Assembly (NCBI GenBank): GCA_031459385.1
Contig: JAVKIP010000017.1
Span: 1-64,000 of the forward strand
Direction of reading: 5' to 3'
Source of the DNA: Candidatus Fervidifonticultor secundus
GTDB lineage: Bacteria > Sysuimicrobiota > Sysuimicrobiia > Sysuimicrobiales > Humicultoraceae
DNA: 64,000 bases
The first letter of the stretch is position 1; every line of letters begins with the position of its first letter. The notes beneath the pieces are model-generated. The model saw nothing but the letters and a program-made list of their open reading frames with translations, did no database searches and was not told the DNA's origin. Position numbers and translations under genes: made by a program. Of the stretch, positions 51,198-60,813 are shown in pieces.

Positions 51198-52459
51198 TAG
51201 ATCAGGTCCTGTCCGTCCCACCGCACGATGCGGCCGGCGGCGATGATGCCGTCGATGCGCTGGGGCTCGCCCGGAGCCAGGACCTGCAGGTCTTGCAGCG
51301 GGTCGCCGTCGACCACCAGCAGGTCGGCGGCCAGCCCCGGGCGCACCGCACCGGTCACCCGCTCCAGCCGCAGCGCCCGGGCGGCCTGCGCGGTGGCCGC
51401 AGCCAGGACCTCGCGCGCGGTGTACCCGCACGCCGCCAGCAGGAGCATCTCAAGGCCGACCGATCCGTGGCGGAACAGCGCGTTGCCGCCGGCGTCGGTG
51501 CCGGTGACCACCGGCACCCCTGCCTCTCGGGCTAGACGCATCCGCTCCTGCATGCCGGGCACGACGAACCCCATCGCCTCCAGTTCCCGCTGGCGCGCGG
51601 CCTGAGCCAGCGGCACGTCGCCGCGGGCTTGCGCCTCCTGCAGGAAGTGGCCGACCGCCAGCGTCGGCACCAGCCACGTCCCCTGCCGGGCCATCTGCGC
51701 TGCCAGCGCGCCGTCGAGGAAAGTCCCGTGCTCCAGGGTGTCCACGCCGGCCTCCAGGGCGATCTCAATGCCAGCGCGGGCGTGGGCGTGGGCCGCCACC
51801 GGACGGCCCCAGCGGTGGGCCTCGTCAACCGCGGCCCGCACCTCCTCCAGCCGGTACTGGGGCAGGCGGGGATCCTGTCCCGGGGAGGCCAGGCCGCCAG
51901 TGACGCCCATCACCTTGATCCAGTCGACGCCGTGCGCGACGTGCTCGCGGACGGCGCGCCGCACGGCGTCCTCGCCGTCGGCGGTCAGACAGCGCCAGTG
52001 CACGTGCCCGCCGGTGGGCGTGATCCCCAAGCCCGCTGCGACGATCCGCGGCCCCGCCACCCATCCGGCGGCCACCGCCTCCCGCAGGTGCACGTCCAGG
52101 TACGCCCGGCACCCCAGGACGCGCACGGTGGTGACGCCGGCCAGCAGCGTGCGGCGCGCGGCTTCTACGGTGCGGAAGGCGTGCAACCCCTCGGGCTCGC
52201 CCAGGCGCCGCGAGGTCGGGTAGTCGCCGTAGGGGAGCGGCTCGCCGCCGATCAGGTGGGTGTGGGTGTCGATCAGCCCGGGCATCACCGTCCGACCACC
52301 GACGTCATAGCGCACAGCATACTCCGACGGCACCGCGAGCCCGGCCGCGGCCGCGACGATCCGGCCTGCGTCGACCAGAAGTGTGGCGCCGGTGACCTCA
52401 CCGCCTTCCCCGTCGAGCACGCGGGCGCCGGTGAGCGCGAAGCGCGGCGGCGCCATCAC
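51197..52459 (-). CDS. Metal-dependent amidohydrolase (Xaa-Pro dipeptidase-like)
   Basis: PGLIDTHTH, GGH, WIK, AAHAH, EHG, GTD, ADLLVVDGDP. Confidence 0.88.
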   Translation of the reverse strand: MMAPPRFALTGARVLDGEGGEVTGATLLVDAGRIVAAAAGLAVPSEYAVRYDVGGRTVMPGLIDTHTHLIGGEPLPYGDYPTSRRLGEPEGLHAFRTVEAARRTLLAGVTTVRVLGCRAYLDVHLREAVAAGWVAGPRIVAAGLGITPTGGHVHWRCLTADGEDAVRRAVREHVAHGVDWIKVMGVTGGLASPGQDPRLPQYRLEEVRAAVDEAHRWGRPVAAHAHARAGIEIALEAGVDTLEHGTFLDGALAAQMARQGTWLVPTLAVGHFLQEAQARGDVPLAQAARQRELEAMGFVVPGMQERMRLAREAGVPVVTGTDAGGNALFRHGSVGLEMLLLAACGYTAREVLAAATAQAARALRLERVTGAVRPGLAADLLVVDGDPLQDLQVLAPGEPQRIDGIIAAGRIVRWDGQDLI

Positions 52460-52477
52460 GGCCAGGGCCCTGCCCCG

Positions 52478-54055
52478 TCAGGGTGCCTCGACCAGGTGCA
52501 TCCACTGCAAGGCGTCGCGGATGCCGAGGTCGGGGTACCCTTTCACCCGCCGGTTTATGGCCAGGATCTCGGTCTGGTAGTAGATCCACACCACCGGGAC
52601 GTCCTGGTAGATGAGTTCCTGCAGCCGGTGGTAGAGCTCGATCCGCCTGCGCCGGTCGATGGTCTGCCGGGCGGCGGCCATGAGCCGGTCGACCTCGGGG
52701 TTGGAGTAACCGTAGTGGTTGTTGACGCCGCCCGTGGTGTACTCGGGGGTCTTGTCGGGGTCGGGCGGCGTGATGCGCCAGCCCGTGCGCGCGTCGTAGT
52801 CTCCCGGCAGGGCGTTGCCGCGCCGGATGTAGACGGACCACTCCTCGGCCACAAGCCGGATGTCGGCACCCAGCTGCTTCCACGCCTGCTGCGTGACCAG
52901 GGCCATCTGCTCCCGCACCGGGTTGCCCCGGTCGACCATGAGCTCGAACGCCAGCCGCCTGCCGTCCTTGATCAGGACGCCGTCGGGGCCCGGCCGGAAC
53001 CCCGCCTCGGCCAGCAGCTGCCGCGCCTTGTTCACGTCATAGGGATACGGCTTGAGGGCGGTGTTGACGAACGGCCCGAACGCGTTGGCGTAGGCGCCGG
53101 CGGCCAGGGGCGCAGTGCCCCGCAGGATCCGCTTCACCATCAGGTCGCGGTCGAGGGCGTACATCAGGGCCTGGCGGACCGGTCGCTCGGTGAACGGCCA
53201 CCGGGTGTTGTTGAGGGCGATGTAGAAGGCGCTGGGCAGCTCGGTGATCTTGAACTGCAGGTGCGGTACGCGCTCGAGGGCCTGCTTGTGTACGGCCTCG
53301 ACCACCGCCAGGTCCAGCTCGCCGGTGCGCAGTTGCGCCACCACCGTGTTGATGTCGGGAATCACCTTGAAGACGATGCTTCTCAACTTGGGCGCGCCGC
53401 CGTAGTAGTCGGGGTTGGCCTCGACGGTGATATGCGAGCCCTTGACCGCCTCCCGGTAGCGGAACGGTCCGGTGCCCACCGGGCGCTGCGCGAAGTCGCT
53501 CAGGTCGTTGAGGTCCTTGCCCTCCAGGAGGTGCCGGGGCGCGATGGGGATGTTCCATGCCAGCACGATGGGCAGCGACGGGTACGGCGCGTCGAACTCC
53601 AGGCGCACCGTGTAGTCGTCGACGGCGTCGACCTGGCGCAGGCCGCGCAGCGTGCTGCGGAACAGCGCCCGCACCCGCGGGTTGACGATGTTCTCGTAGG
53701 TGAACTTCACGTCGGCCGCCGTGAACGGCCTGCCGTCGTGCCAGCGGACGCCGCGCTTCAGCTTGAACACCCAGACGCGGCCGTCCTCGGCTGCCACCCA
53801 CGAGGTGGCCAGGTCGCCGACGGGCTGCAGGTCACCGGGACGGTAGCGCGTCAGCGTGCTGAAGACCACTTTGGCCACCATGGTGGTCGGCAGCTGCTGG
53901 GGCAGCGTGAACGGGTTCAGCGTCACGTCGCCGATGATGGCGATGCGCAGCACCCCGGACGGGGCCTGGGCCAGCGCCGGCGGGCTCCCGGCCGGCCCGC
54001 CGGCCAGCGCCGCAGCCACCACGGTCGCCACGGTCGCGATCAGCGCTCGTCGCAT
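52478..54055 (-). CDS. ABC substrate-binding protein, family 5
   Basis: Signal peptide, LKRGVRWHDG, PVGTGPF, VRQAL, YSNPEVD. Confidence 0.9.
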   Translation of the reverse strand: MRRALIATVATVVAAALAGGPAGSPPALAQAPSGVLRIAIIGDVTLNPFTLPQQLPTTMVAKVVFSTLTRYRPGDLQPVGDLATSWVAAEDGRVWVFKLKRGVRWHDGRPFTAADVKFTYENIVNPRVRALFRSTLRGLRQVDAVDDYTVRLEFDAPYPSLPIVLAWNIPIAPRHLLEGKDLNDLSDFAQRPVGTGPFRYREAVKGSHITVEANPDYYGGAPKLRSIVFKVIPDINTVVAQLRTGELDLAVVEAVHKQALERVPHLQFKITELPSAFYIALNNTRWPFTERPVRQALMYALDRDLMVKRILRGTAPLAAGAYANAFGPFVNTALKPYPYDVNKARQLLAEAGFRPGPDGVLIKDGRRLAFELMVDRGNPVREQMALVTQQAWKQLGADIRLVAEEWSVYIRRGNALPGDYDARTGWRITPPDPDKTPEYTTGGVNNHYGYSNPEVDRLMAAARQTIDRRRRIELYHRLQELIYQDVPVVWIYYQTEILAINRRVKGYPDLGIRDALQWMHLVEAP

Positions 54056-54092
54056 TCCTCTCCTCCCCTCTCCATGAGACATCCCGGAACGC

Positions 54093-54986
54093 TCAGGTTC
54101 CGGCGTGCCGCGGGTCCAGTGTATCCCGCAGCGCGTCGCCCACCGTATTGTACGACAGCACCGTGAGCATGATCATGGCCCCGGGGTAGACGGCCAGGAC
54201 CGGCGTCGTCCACACGTAATGCTGGGCACCGGTCAGCATGTTCCCCCAGGTCGGCATCGGCGGCTGGACGCCGAGCCCCAGGTAGCTCAGGGCCGATTCG
54301 GTGAGGATCGCATATGCCACGCCCAGGGTGGCCGCCACGATCATCGAGGGCAGCGCCTGCGGCAGCAGATGCCGGCCCAGCAGTCGCGCGTCGCTGGCGC
54401 CGAGGGCCCGCGCGGCGGCCACGAACTCCTGGGGCAGCGTCCGCAGGACCTCGGCGCGGACCACCCGGGCCACCACCATCCACCCCAGGCCGCCGATAGT
54501 CAGCACCACGTTGATGATGTTGGATCCGAACACGGCCAGGACCAGCAGTGCCAGGAAGAAGGTGGGGATGGTCAGCGTGCCGTCGGCGATGCGCATGACG
54601 ACGGTGTCGACCAGGCCGCCGTAGAACCCGCTGACTGCGCCCAGCACGGAGCCGATGGTCATGGCCACGGCCATGGCCGCCAGCCCTACCACCAGCGACG
54701 TCCGGGCGCCGAAGATCAGGCGCGAGAGGACGTCGCGGCCGGTCTCGTCGGTGCCCAGCGGGTGTTGGGGCGAGCGCGGGCCGAACTGGTTCAGCAGGTC
54801 GATAGCCTCCGGCGGATGTGGGGCCAGCGCCGGCGCGGCGGCCGCCACCAGGTGCAGCACCACCAGGTAGGCCAGCGCGACCAGGGCGAGACGGTTGCGC
54901 CGGAACCTCCGCCACAGGTACCCCATCCGGCGGTCGGCAGCGGCCGGCAGCGCCACGCCAGGTGTGACCAGGGCACGCTGCGCCAT
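54093..54986 (-). CDS. ABC permease (DppC/OppC type)
   Basis: LGTDETGRD, EFVAAARALGA, LSYLGLG. Confidence 0.9.
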   Translation of the reverse strand: MAQRALVTPGVALPAAADRRMGYLWRRFRRNRLALVALAYLVVLHLVAAAAPALAPHPPEAIDLLNQFGPRSPQHPLGTDETGRDVLSRLIFGARTSLVVGLAAMAVAMTIGSVLGAVSGFYGGLVDTVVMRIADGTLTIPTFFLALLVLAVFGSNIINVVLTIGGLGWMVVARVVRAEVLRTLPQEFVAAARALGASDARLLGRHLLPQALPSMIVAATLGVAYAILTESALSYLGLGVQPPMPTWGNMLTGAQHYVWTTPVLAVYPGAMIMLTVLSYNTVGDALRDTLDPRHAGT

Positions 54987-54997
54987 GCGCCCGTTCC

Positions 54998-55945
54998 CTA
55001 CCTGAGCGTGATCCGGGGATCGAGGACGACGTAGGCCAGGTCGGTCAGCAGGTTGCTGACGACCACCATGCCCGAGACCAGCAACGTAACGCCCATGATC
55101 ACCGGGTAGTCACGGGTGATGGCCGAGTCCACGGCCAGCCGGCCGAGCCCCGGCCAGGCGAAGATCGCCTCGGTGATGGCGGCGCCGCCCAGCAGCCGCG
55201 GCACGAGGACGCCGAGCACCGTCACCACGGGGATCAGCGCGTTGCGCAGCGCGTGGCGGCCCAGCACCGCCACCTCCGACAGTCCCTTGCTACGGGCGGT
55301 CCGGATGTAGTCCTGGGCCAGCACGTCGACCATGCTCGACCGCATGTACCGCACCAGCTGCGCCAGCGGGAACGTCGACAGCACCACCGCAGGCATCAGC
55401 AGGTGGCGCAGCAGGTCGACCCACGAGAAGGGCGTACCCACCGTGGTCATCCCCGCCGAGGGGAGCCACCCCAGCTGGACCGAGAAGAGGATGATCAGCA
55501 TGATCCCCAGCCAGAAGACGGGGATCGAGACGCCGAAGAAAGCCGCCACGGTGGCGGCATAGTCCACGAGCGAATACCGGTACACCGACGACACGATCCC
55601 TAGCGGGATGGCCACCAGGACCGCCAGGGCCAGCGCCGCGCCCGAGAGAAGGACGGTGTTGGGAATCCGGCCGGCCAGGAGCTGCACGGTGGGGATGCCG
55701 TGCTGGTACGACCGTCCCAGGTTGCCGCGCAGCACGTTGCCCAGCCACCGGGCGTACTGCACCGGGATGGGGTCGTCCAGTCCCAGGGCCTCGCGGTACT
55801 GGCGAGCCAGCGCAGGATCGACGTCGGGGCTGTTGAGGAGTTCGGGCCCGCCCGGTGCCGCGTGGACGATGACGAAGACGGCCAGGCTCACGAGCACCAG
55901 GAGGACGACGCCCTGGAGCAGGCGGCCCGCGATGTACCGGCTCAC
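54998..55945 (-). CDS. ABC permease (DppB/OppB type)
   Basis: GNLGRS, DYIRTARSKGL, HALRNAL, FAWPGLG. Confidence 0.9.
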   Translation of the reverse strand: MSRYIAGRLLQGVVLLVLVSLAVFVIVHAAPGGPELLNSPDVDPALARQYREALGLDDPIPVQYARWLGNVLRGNLGRSYQHGIPTVQLLAGRIPNTVLLSGAALALAVLVAIPLGIVSSVYRYSLVDYAATVAAFFGVSIPVFWLGIMLIILFSVQLGWLPSAGMTTVGTPFSWVDLLRHLLMPAVVLSTFPLAQLVRYMRSSMVDVLAQDYIRTARSKGLSEVAVLGRHALRNALIPVVTVLGVLVPRLLGGAAITEAIFAWPGLGRLAVDSAITRDYPVIMGVTLLVSGMVVVSNLLTDLAYVVLDPRITLR

Positions 55946-55950
55946 GGCAT

Positions 55951-57747
55951 CTACCCCAGGTCGGCCAGGAGCGTCTCCACGTGCGCGGCAGCCTGCGCCA
56001 GCGCGTCGGCCACGCGGTTGCGCTCGCGCACCAGCCGCGTCCGCAGGAAGCCGTAGTCGTCGCTGGCCGGATCCAGCCGGGCCAGCGCACGCACACGCTG
56101 CAGGCCGGGCAGCATCGGGACCTGCAGCGCCGGGTCGTGGTCATAGGGACCCAGCACGGTATACAGGACCGGGTTCAAGATCCGTGACAGGCGCATCAGG
56201 CCGTGGTTCAGGCGCGCGATCCGCGTCGCCGTCTTCCCCCGTGGCCGCGCCGGCGCGCTGGCCGCCGCCGCGGCACGCACGCCCTCCAGCTGCGCGGCCA
56301 GGCCCTGCAGCTGCGTCGCCCGGGCCACCAGGTCGTCCAGCGGCAGCGTCCCGGCCGCGGCCGCGTGCAGCTCCTGCAGGAGCGTCACGAAGTCACCCGC
56401 CGCCGGCACGAAGTTGAAGGGCAGCACCGGCGGCAGCACCAGACGTGCCGCGATGGTCAGGTACAGCGCGGTATCCTGGGCCAGAATCTCCGGGTCGGCT
56501 TTGTCCAGGGTATCGGCGGGCGTGTGCCACCACCAGCCCGCGCCGCTGCCGCCCACGGTGGCGCGGTCGGGGTGGTCCAGCGGCAGCATGCGAAACGCGC
56601 CCAGCGAGGGCAGGCCGATGCCCCAGAACGACTGGTCGCCCGCCTTGAACGGCCGCCGGATGTTCGGCGACTGTCCCGTGAGCTCGGGGACGACCTGCCG
56701 CATCAGATCCTCGACCTCGCCCATGTTGTAGCGGCAGTCGAAGATGGCGGTTTCGCGCACGCCGGGCGAGTCGATGTTCAGGTAGCCCAGGGCCCACCGG
56801 CGCAGCTCGTCGAAGGCGGCGTCGGCGTACCAGGTGGACCCGGCGTAGCGCCCGTGCGAGTGGCCCGGCCACCAGGCGAAGCGCAGGCCTCGCCGCAGCC
56901 GCCGGCGGTGCTGCTGCGCCACGCGCGCCATCTCCAGCAGGCAGGCGTCGCCGGTGGCGTTGTCGGTGATCCCCTCGTACCACGAGTCCAGATGGGCGCC
57001 CACCAGCAGGAACTCGGGCTCGGCGCCCGGCACGTCGGCCACCAGCAGCGGCAGCGTGCGCCAGGTGGTCTCGGTGCGGGCCTGGATGCGCACGCGGACC
57101 GGCCCCTGGGCCAGCCGCGCCCGGAGCCGCTCGCCGTCGGCCTTCGTGATCGACAGCGCCGGGATCGTCGGCAGCCGGCCGATCGACTCCGGCGTCGGCG
57201 TGCCCCAGATGCTGGTGACGATCATCTCGTGGATCGCGTCTTCGCCCGAGGGCCACATGTGGATGTAGGCGAGGGCCCCGTGCTCCATCGCCCGCTTCAC
57301 GCCGTCGGGGCCGCCCGCGGTGCCCAGCACGACCTTGCCGCGGGCGTCGACGCCCTCGTACTCGGACTCCTCACCGGTGCGGGCGAAGATCATCTTCGTG
57401 CGGTCCTCCTCGAGGGACCCCACGAAGACCAGGTCGCCCTCCAGCCCCTCGGGCGGCGTGCTGGCACCGAACGACCGGGGCCGGCAGGGCAGCAGCATGC
57501 GCTCGGGGGTCAGCACCTCCAGCGTGGCCTCGCGTGGGAAGCTCACGAACCCGCGGAACTCGTGCAGGCGCGGGGTGATCCCGTAGCCCTCGAGCGCGGC
57601 GGCGATGTAGTCGACGGCCGCGCGCTCGTCGGGGCTCCCGGTCTCCCGGTGCCACCGGGCGAACCGGCGGAGATGTCCGGCCAGCCGCCGGGCCGAGACC
57701 GCGGCGCGCAGCCGGGTCTCCACGTCGAGTTTCTGCGCCACGGTCAT
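55951..57747 (-). CDS. M28-family metallopeptidase with PA domain
   Basis: GAHLDSW, DNATG, NIDS, WHTPADT; ATG 57747 after GGAGG. Confidence 0.82.
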   Translation of the reverse strand: MTVAQKLDVETRLRAAVSARRLAGHLRRFARWHRETGSPDERAAVDYIAAALEGYGITPRLHEFRGFVSFPREATLEVLTPERMLLPCRPRSFGASTPPEGLEGDLVFVGSLEEDRTKMIFARTGEESEYEGVDARGKVVLGTAGGPDGVKRAMEHGALAYIHMWPSGEDAIHEMIVTSIWGTPTPESIGRLPTIPALSITKADGERLRARLAQGPVRVRIQARTETTWRTLPLLVADVPGAEPEFLLVGAHLDSWYEGITDNATGDACLLEMARVAQQHRRRLRRGLRFAWWPGHSHGRYAGSTWYADAAFDELRRWALGYLNIDSPGVRETAIFDCRYNMGEVEDLMRQVVPELTGQSPNIRRPFKAGDQSFWGIGLPSLGAFRMLPLDHPDRATVGGSGAGWWWHTPADTLDKADPEILAQDTALYLTIAARLVLPPVLPFNFVPAAGDFVTLLQELHAAAAGTLPLDDLVARATQLQGLAAQLEGVRAAAAASAPARPRGKTATRIARLNHGLMRLSRILNPVLYTVLGPYDHDPALQVPMLPGLQRVRALARLDPASDDYGFLRTRLVRERNRVADALAQAAAHVETLLADLG

Positions 57748-57876
57748 CGTGTGCACCTCCATGGACGCGGTCACGCGCCAGCGGCCACGCGGCGCGGGCG
57801 CCGTCCCGTGACGACGGGCGCCCAGCGGCCGCCGGAGGAGTCGGACCGCGAGTGTTCGGCGGCGCGGCGCGGGCCC

Positions 57877-58575
57877 TCAGGCCACCGCGACGCGCTCCGT
57901 TGCCAGGAACTCGTCGATGATGCGGGCCAGGATCGTGCGGGCCAGGATCACCGGCTTGCCGGTGACCTCGCGCACGACGGATCGCATCGCCTCGTCCATG
58001 CCCACGCACGTCATCCAGACCAGGTCCACGCCGGCCTGCCGCAGCGTCTCGGCCGCCGCGCGCACGTCGTGCAGGCGCTGCGGCCCGGTGTAGGGCGACG
58101 CGGCCGTCACTACCGCGTCGATGCCGCGCGCGGCGAACTGGCGCTGCGCCTGCGCGATCTGCCCGGGCGACGGCTTGATGACCCCGAGCCGCCAGCCCGC
58201 CGCCAAGGCGGAGATCACGGCCGGGTACACCTTCCCCGGGTTGACCACCAGGACCGGCGAACGGATCGCGGACCAGTCGGCGCCGCAGAGGATCACGATC
58301 AGGCCGACCCCGCGCGCGGCCGCCTGATCCACCAGGGCCTGCACGCGCGGCGTGATCTTCCGGTGCGACAGGAGCGTCGATGTCCCGTCGCGCAGCCGCG
58401 CGACGATCCCGACCTCCCCGGGCTCCGGGGCCAGCGCCGCCATGGCCTCCCGGGAGAGCCCGTCCAGCACCCCGGCCTCCCAGATCTCGACCCTGCGCGA
58501 GAAGACCGCGGCCATGTGCGGCACCAGATCGTCGCGGGGCGCCTGGCCCACGGTGAGCATCGCGATGGCGTCCAT
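57877..58575 (-). CDS. AroM-family protein
   Basis: LTVGQAPRDDL, GVLDGL, RLRDG, ILC, ASPY, CVG, GKPVIL. Confidence 0.78.
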   Translation of the reverse strand: MDAIAMLTVGQAPRDDLVPHMAAVFSRRVEIWEAGVLDGLSREAMAALAPEPGEVGIVARLRDGTSTLLSHRKITPRVQALVDQAAARGVGLIVILCGADWSAIRSPVLVVNPGKVYPAVISALAAGWRLGVIKPSPGQIAQAQRQFAARGIDAVVTAASPYTGPQRLHDVRAAAETLRQAGVDLVWMTCVGMDEAMRSVVREVTGKPVILARTILARIIDEFLATERVAVA

Positions 58576-58711
58576 TCCCGACTCCCTCCGGCGGCCGATG
58601 CGGGTGCGCATGCTACTTCCCGGCGCGTGCGATGAACTCCTCCGGAACCGGCGCCCGCCGCAGCCCGTAGTGGAAGAGCGGATGCGGGTCCGGCGTGGAG
58701 GAGGGGCGGTC

Positions 58712-59638
58712 ATGCGGCAGATGGGCCTGTGGGGGAGTGTGCTGGTCGTGGTGCTGGCGCTCGCGGGCGGCGTCCCGGCGGGCGCCCAGGGGGATCCGCC
58801 CGGCGCCGATGCGCCGCGGCCGCAGGACGAGCCGGTCGTCCCCGGTGCCGACCTGCAGGGCGCCCCGGCGGTTGTCGTGCCGCGGCCCGGCTATGCCATC
58901 TGGATCGACGGCGACGTCGTCCGCGTGCGGTGGTCCGGCCGGGGCGGCGTGCGCGTGTTCAGCGGAGCCGCCACGGCCGCCCGCGGGATCCTCGACGTGC
59001 GGGCCGTGAGCCTGGAGCCCGGCGACGTCCTGCGCCGCGCGGGCAACACGGTGGCGTGGACGGCGCGGGCCCGCGCCGGCGTGGACGGGTTCGACCTGGT
59101 GGTCACTCGCGCAGCCGGCTGGGTGCGCTTCGCGCTACTCATCGATGGCCGCCTGGCCTCGCGCGACGAGATCGTGCTGGGGCGGGGGCTGGCCCACCCG
59201 CCAGGCAATCCCTTCGTCCTGGGCCTCGGCACGGGAATCGGCCGGGACGGCTGGCCGCCGATCGTCCGCGGCCGCCCGGCCGCCGTGCCAGGGCCGGGGT
59301 ACCTGATCTGGCTCGATGACGGCGAGTGGCAGGTCCGCTGGGTGGGGGCGGCGCGCGAGACCTCCGGGCTGGTCACCACCGACGGCCGGTTCCACGACGT
59401 GCGGCGGGAGCGGCTGGAAGGCGGCGATCAGGTGGCGCGCGGGGCCGGGGTGGTGGCCTGGGCGACGCGCGGCTACGATCCGGACGGCGTGGCGTTCCGC
59501 ACGAGCGGCAGCCGGCTCACCTTCACGCTGCTGCTCGACGGCGCCCTGGCGGCCCCGTCGCAGATCTGGCTGGGCGAGCGCGGGGTGCATCCGCCCCGCA
59601 ACCCGTTCACGATCGGGCGGAGCGCCGTCATCTACTGA
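58712..59638 (+). CDS. Secreted hypothetical protein with two tandem ~110-aa beta-rich repeats
   Basis: Signal peptide; PGYxIWxD...VRW...LExGD...DG...FxLLxDG...HPPxNPF occurs twice. Confidence 0.72.
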   Translation: MRQMGLWGSVLVVVLALAGGVPAGAQGDPPGADAPRPQDEPVVPGADLQGAPAVVVPRPGYAIWIDGDVVRVRWSGRGGVRVFSGAATAARGILDVRAVSLEPGDVLRRAGNTVAWTARARAGVDGFDLVVTRAAGWVRFALLIDGRLASRDEIVLGRGLAHPPGNPFVLGLGTGIGRDGWPPIVRGRPAAVPGPGYLIWLDDGEWQVRWVGAARETSGLVTTDGRFHDVRRERLEGGDQVARGAGVVAWATRGYDPDGVAFRTSGSRLTFTLLLDGALAAPSQIWLGERGVHPPRNPFTIGRSAVIY

Positions 59639-59709
59639 CGGCCGCCCGCGGCCGGCGCGATCACCGGGCGTGGTCGCCCGGCTCTATCACCGCGCGCGGT
59701 CGTCGCCGG

Positions 59710-60813
59710 TCAGGCCCGCCGGCTGATGAAGCCCATGGGCTCCACCGGCGGCGGCGTGCTCGCGCTCTTCTCCTGGCCGAACGCCTCACGCTCGGTGGCC
59801 CGCTTCACCGCCGCCTCGGGGCTGATGCGGCGCTGCTTCACCAGGGTCTTGAGGTGCTGGTCGAGGCTCTGCATGCCCTCGCGGGCGCCGGTCTGAATCG
59901 CCGACGGTAGCTGGTGCACCTTGTTCTCACGGATCATGTTGCGCACCGCCGGCGTCGCCACCATGATCTCCACCGCGGCCACCCGGCCCTGGCCGTCCAG
60001 GGTGGGTATCAGCGTCTGCGCCAGGACCCCCAGCAGCGACTCCGCCAGCTGCGTGCGGATCTGCTCCTGCTGGTGGGTGGGGAAGACGTCCACGATGCGG
60101 TTGATGGTCTGCGCCGCGCTGTTGGTGTGCAGGGTGGACAGCACCAGATGGCCGGTCTCGGCCGCCGTGAGGGCCTGCTGGATCGTCTCCAGGTCGCGCA
60201 TCTCGCCGACGAGGATCACGTCGGGATCTTCGCGCAGCGCGCTGCGCAACGCGGCAGCGAACGACGCGGTGTGGCCGCCCACCTCGCGCTGATTGATGTT
60301 GCACTTCTTGGGCGCGTGTACGAACTCGATGGGGTCCTCAATGGTGATGATGTGGTGCTCACGGTGCTCGTTGATGTGGTCCACCATGGCGGCCAGCGTG
60401 GTGGACTTCCCCGAGCCGGTGGGCCCCGTCACCAGGATCAGGCCCCGCTCCTTCATGGCCAGGTCCTTGAGCACCGGCGGCATCTCCAGCTCGTCTAGCG
60501 TCCGGATCTTCTCGGGAATCAACCGCAGCACCATGCCTTCGCCGTGGCGCTGCATGAAGGCGTTGACGCGGAAGCGCCCGACCCGGGCCAGCTCCAGCGA
60601 GAAGTCGAGGTCGTGGGTGGCCTCGAACCGCGCCTTCTGCTCGTCGGTCATGATGTCGTAGAGCATGGCGTGCATGTCGTCGCGCGCCAGCGGCGCCGCG
60701 TCCAGGCGCACCAGCCTCCCGTGCACCCGCAGGCTGGGCGGCGCGCCGGCGGCCAGGTGGAGGTCGGAGGCGCCCCGCTCCTTGGTGAGGATCAGCAGCT
60801 CGGTGATGTCCAT
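59710..60813 (-). CDS. pilT: Type IV pilus retraction ATPase
   Basis: ASDLHL, GPTGSGKS, TIEDPIE, LREDPDVILVGEMRD, TLH, AVRNMIRE. Confidence 0.95.
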   Translation of the reverse strand: MDITELLILTKERGASDLHLAAGAPPSLRVHGRLVRLDAAPLARDDMHAMLYDIMTDEQKARFEATHDLDFSLELARVGRFRVNAFMQRHGEGMVLRLIPEKIRTLDELEMPPVLKDLAMKERGLILVTGPTGSGKSTTLAAMVDHINEHREHHIITIEDPIEFVHAPKKCNINQREVGGHTASFAAALRSALREDPDVILVGEMRDLETIQQALTAAETGHLVLSTLHTNSAAQTINRIVDVFPTHQQEQIRTQLAESLLGVLAQTLIPTLDGQGRVAAVEIMVATPAVRNMIRENKVHQLPSAIQTGAREGMQSLDQHLKTLVKQRRISPEAAVKRATEREAFGQEKSASTPPPVEPMGFISRRA

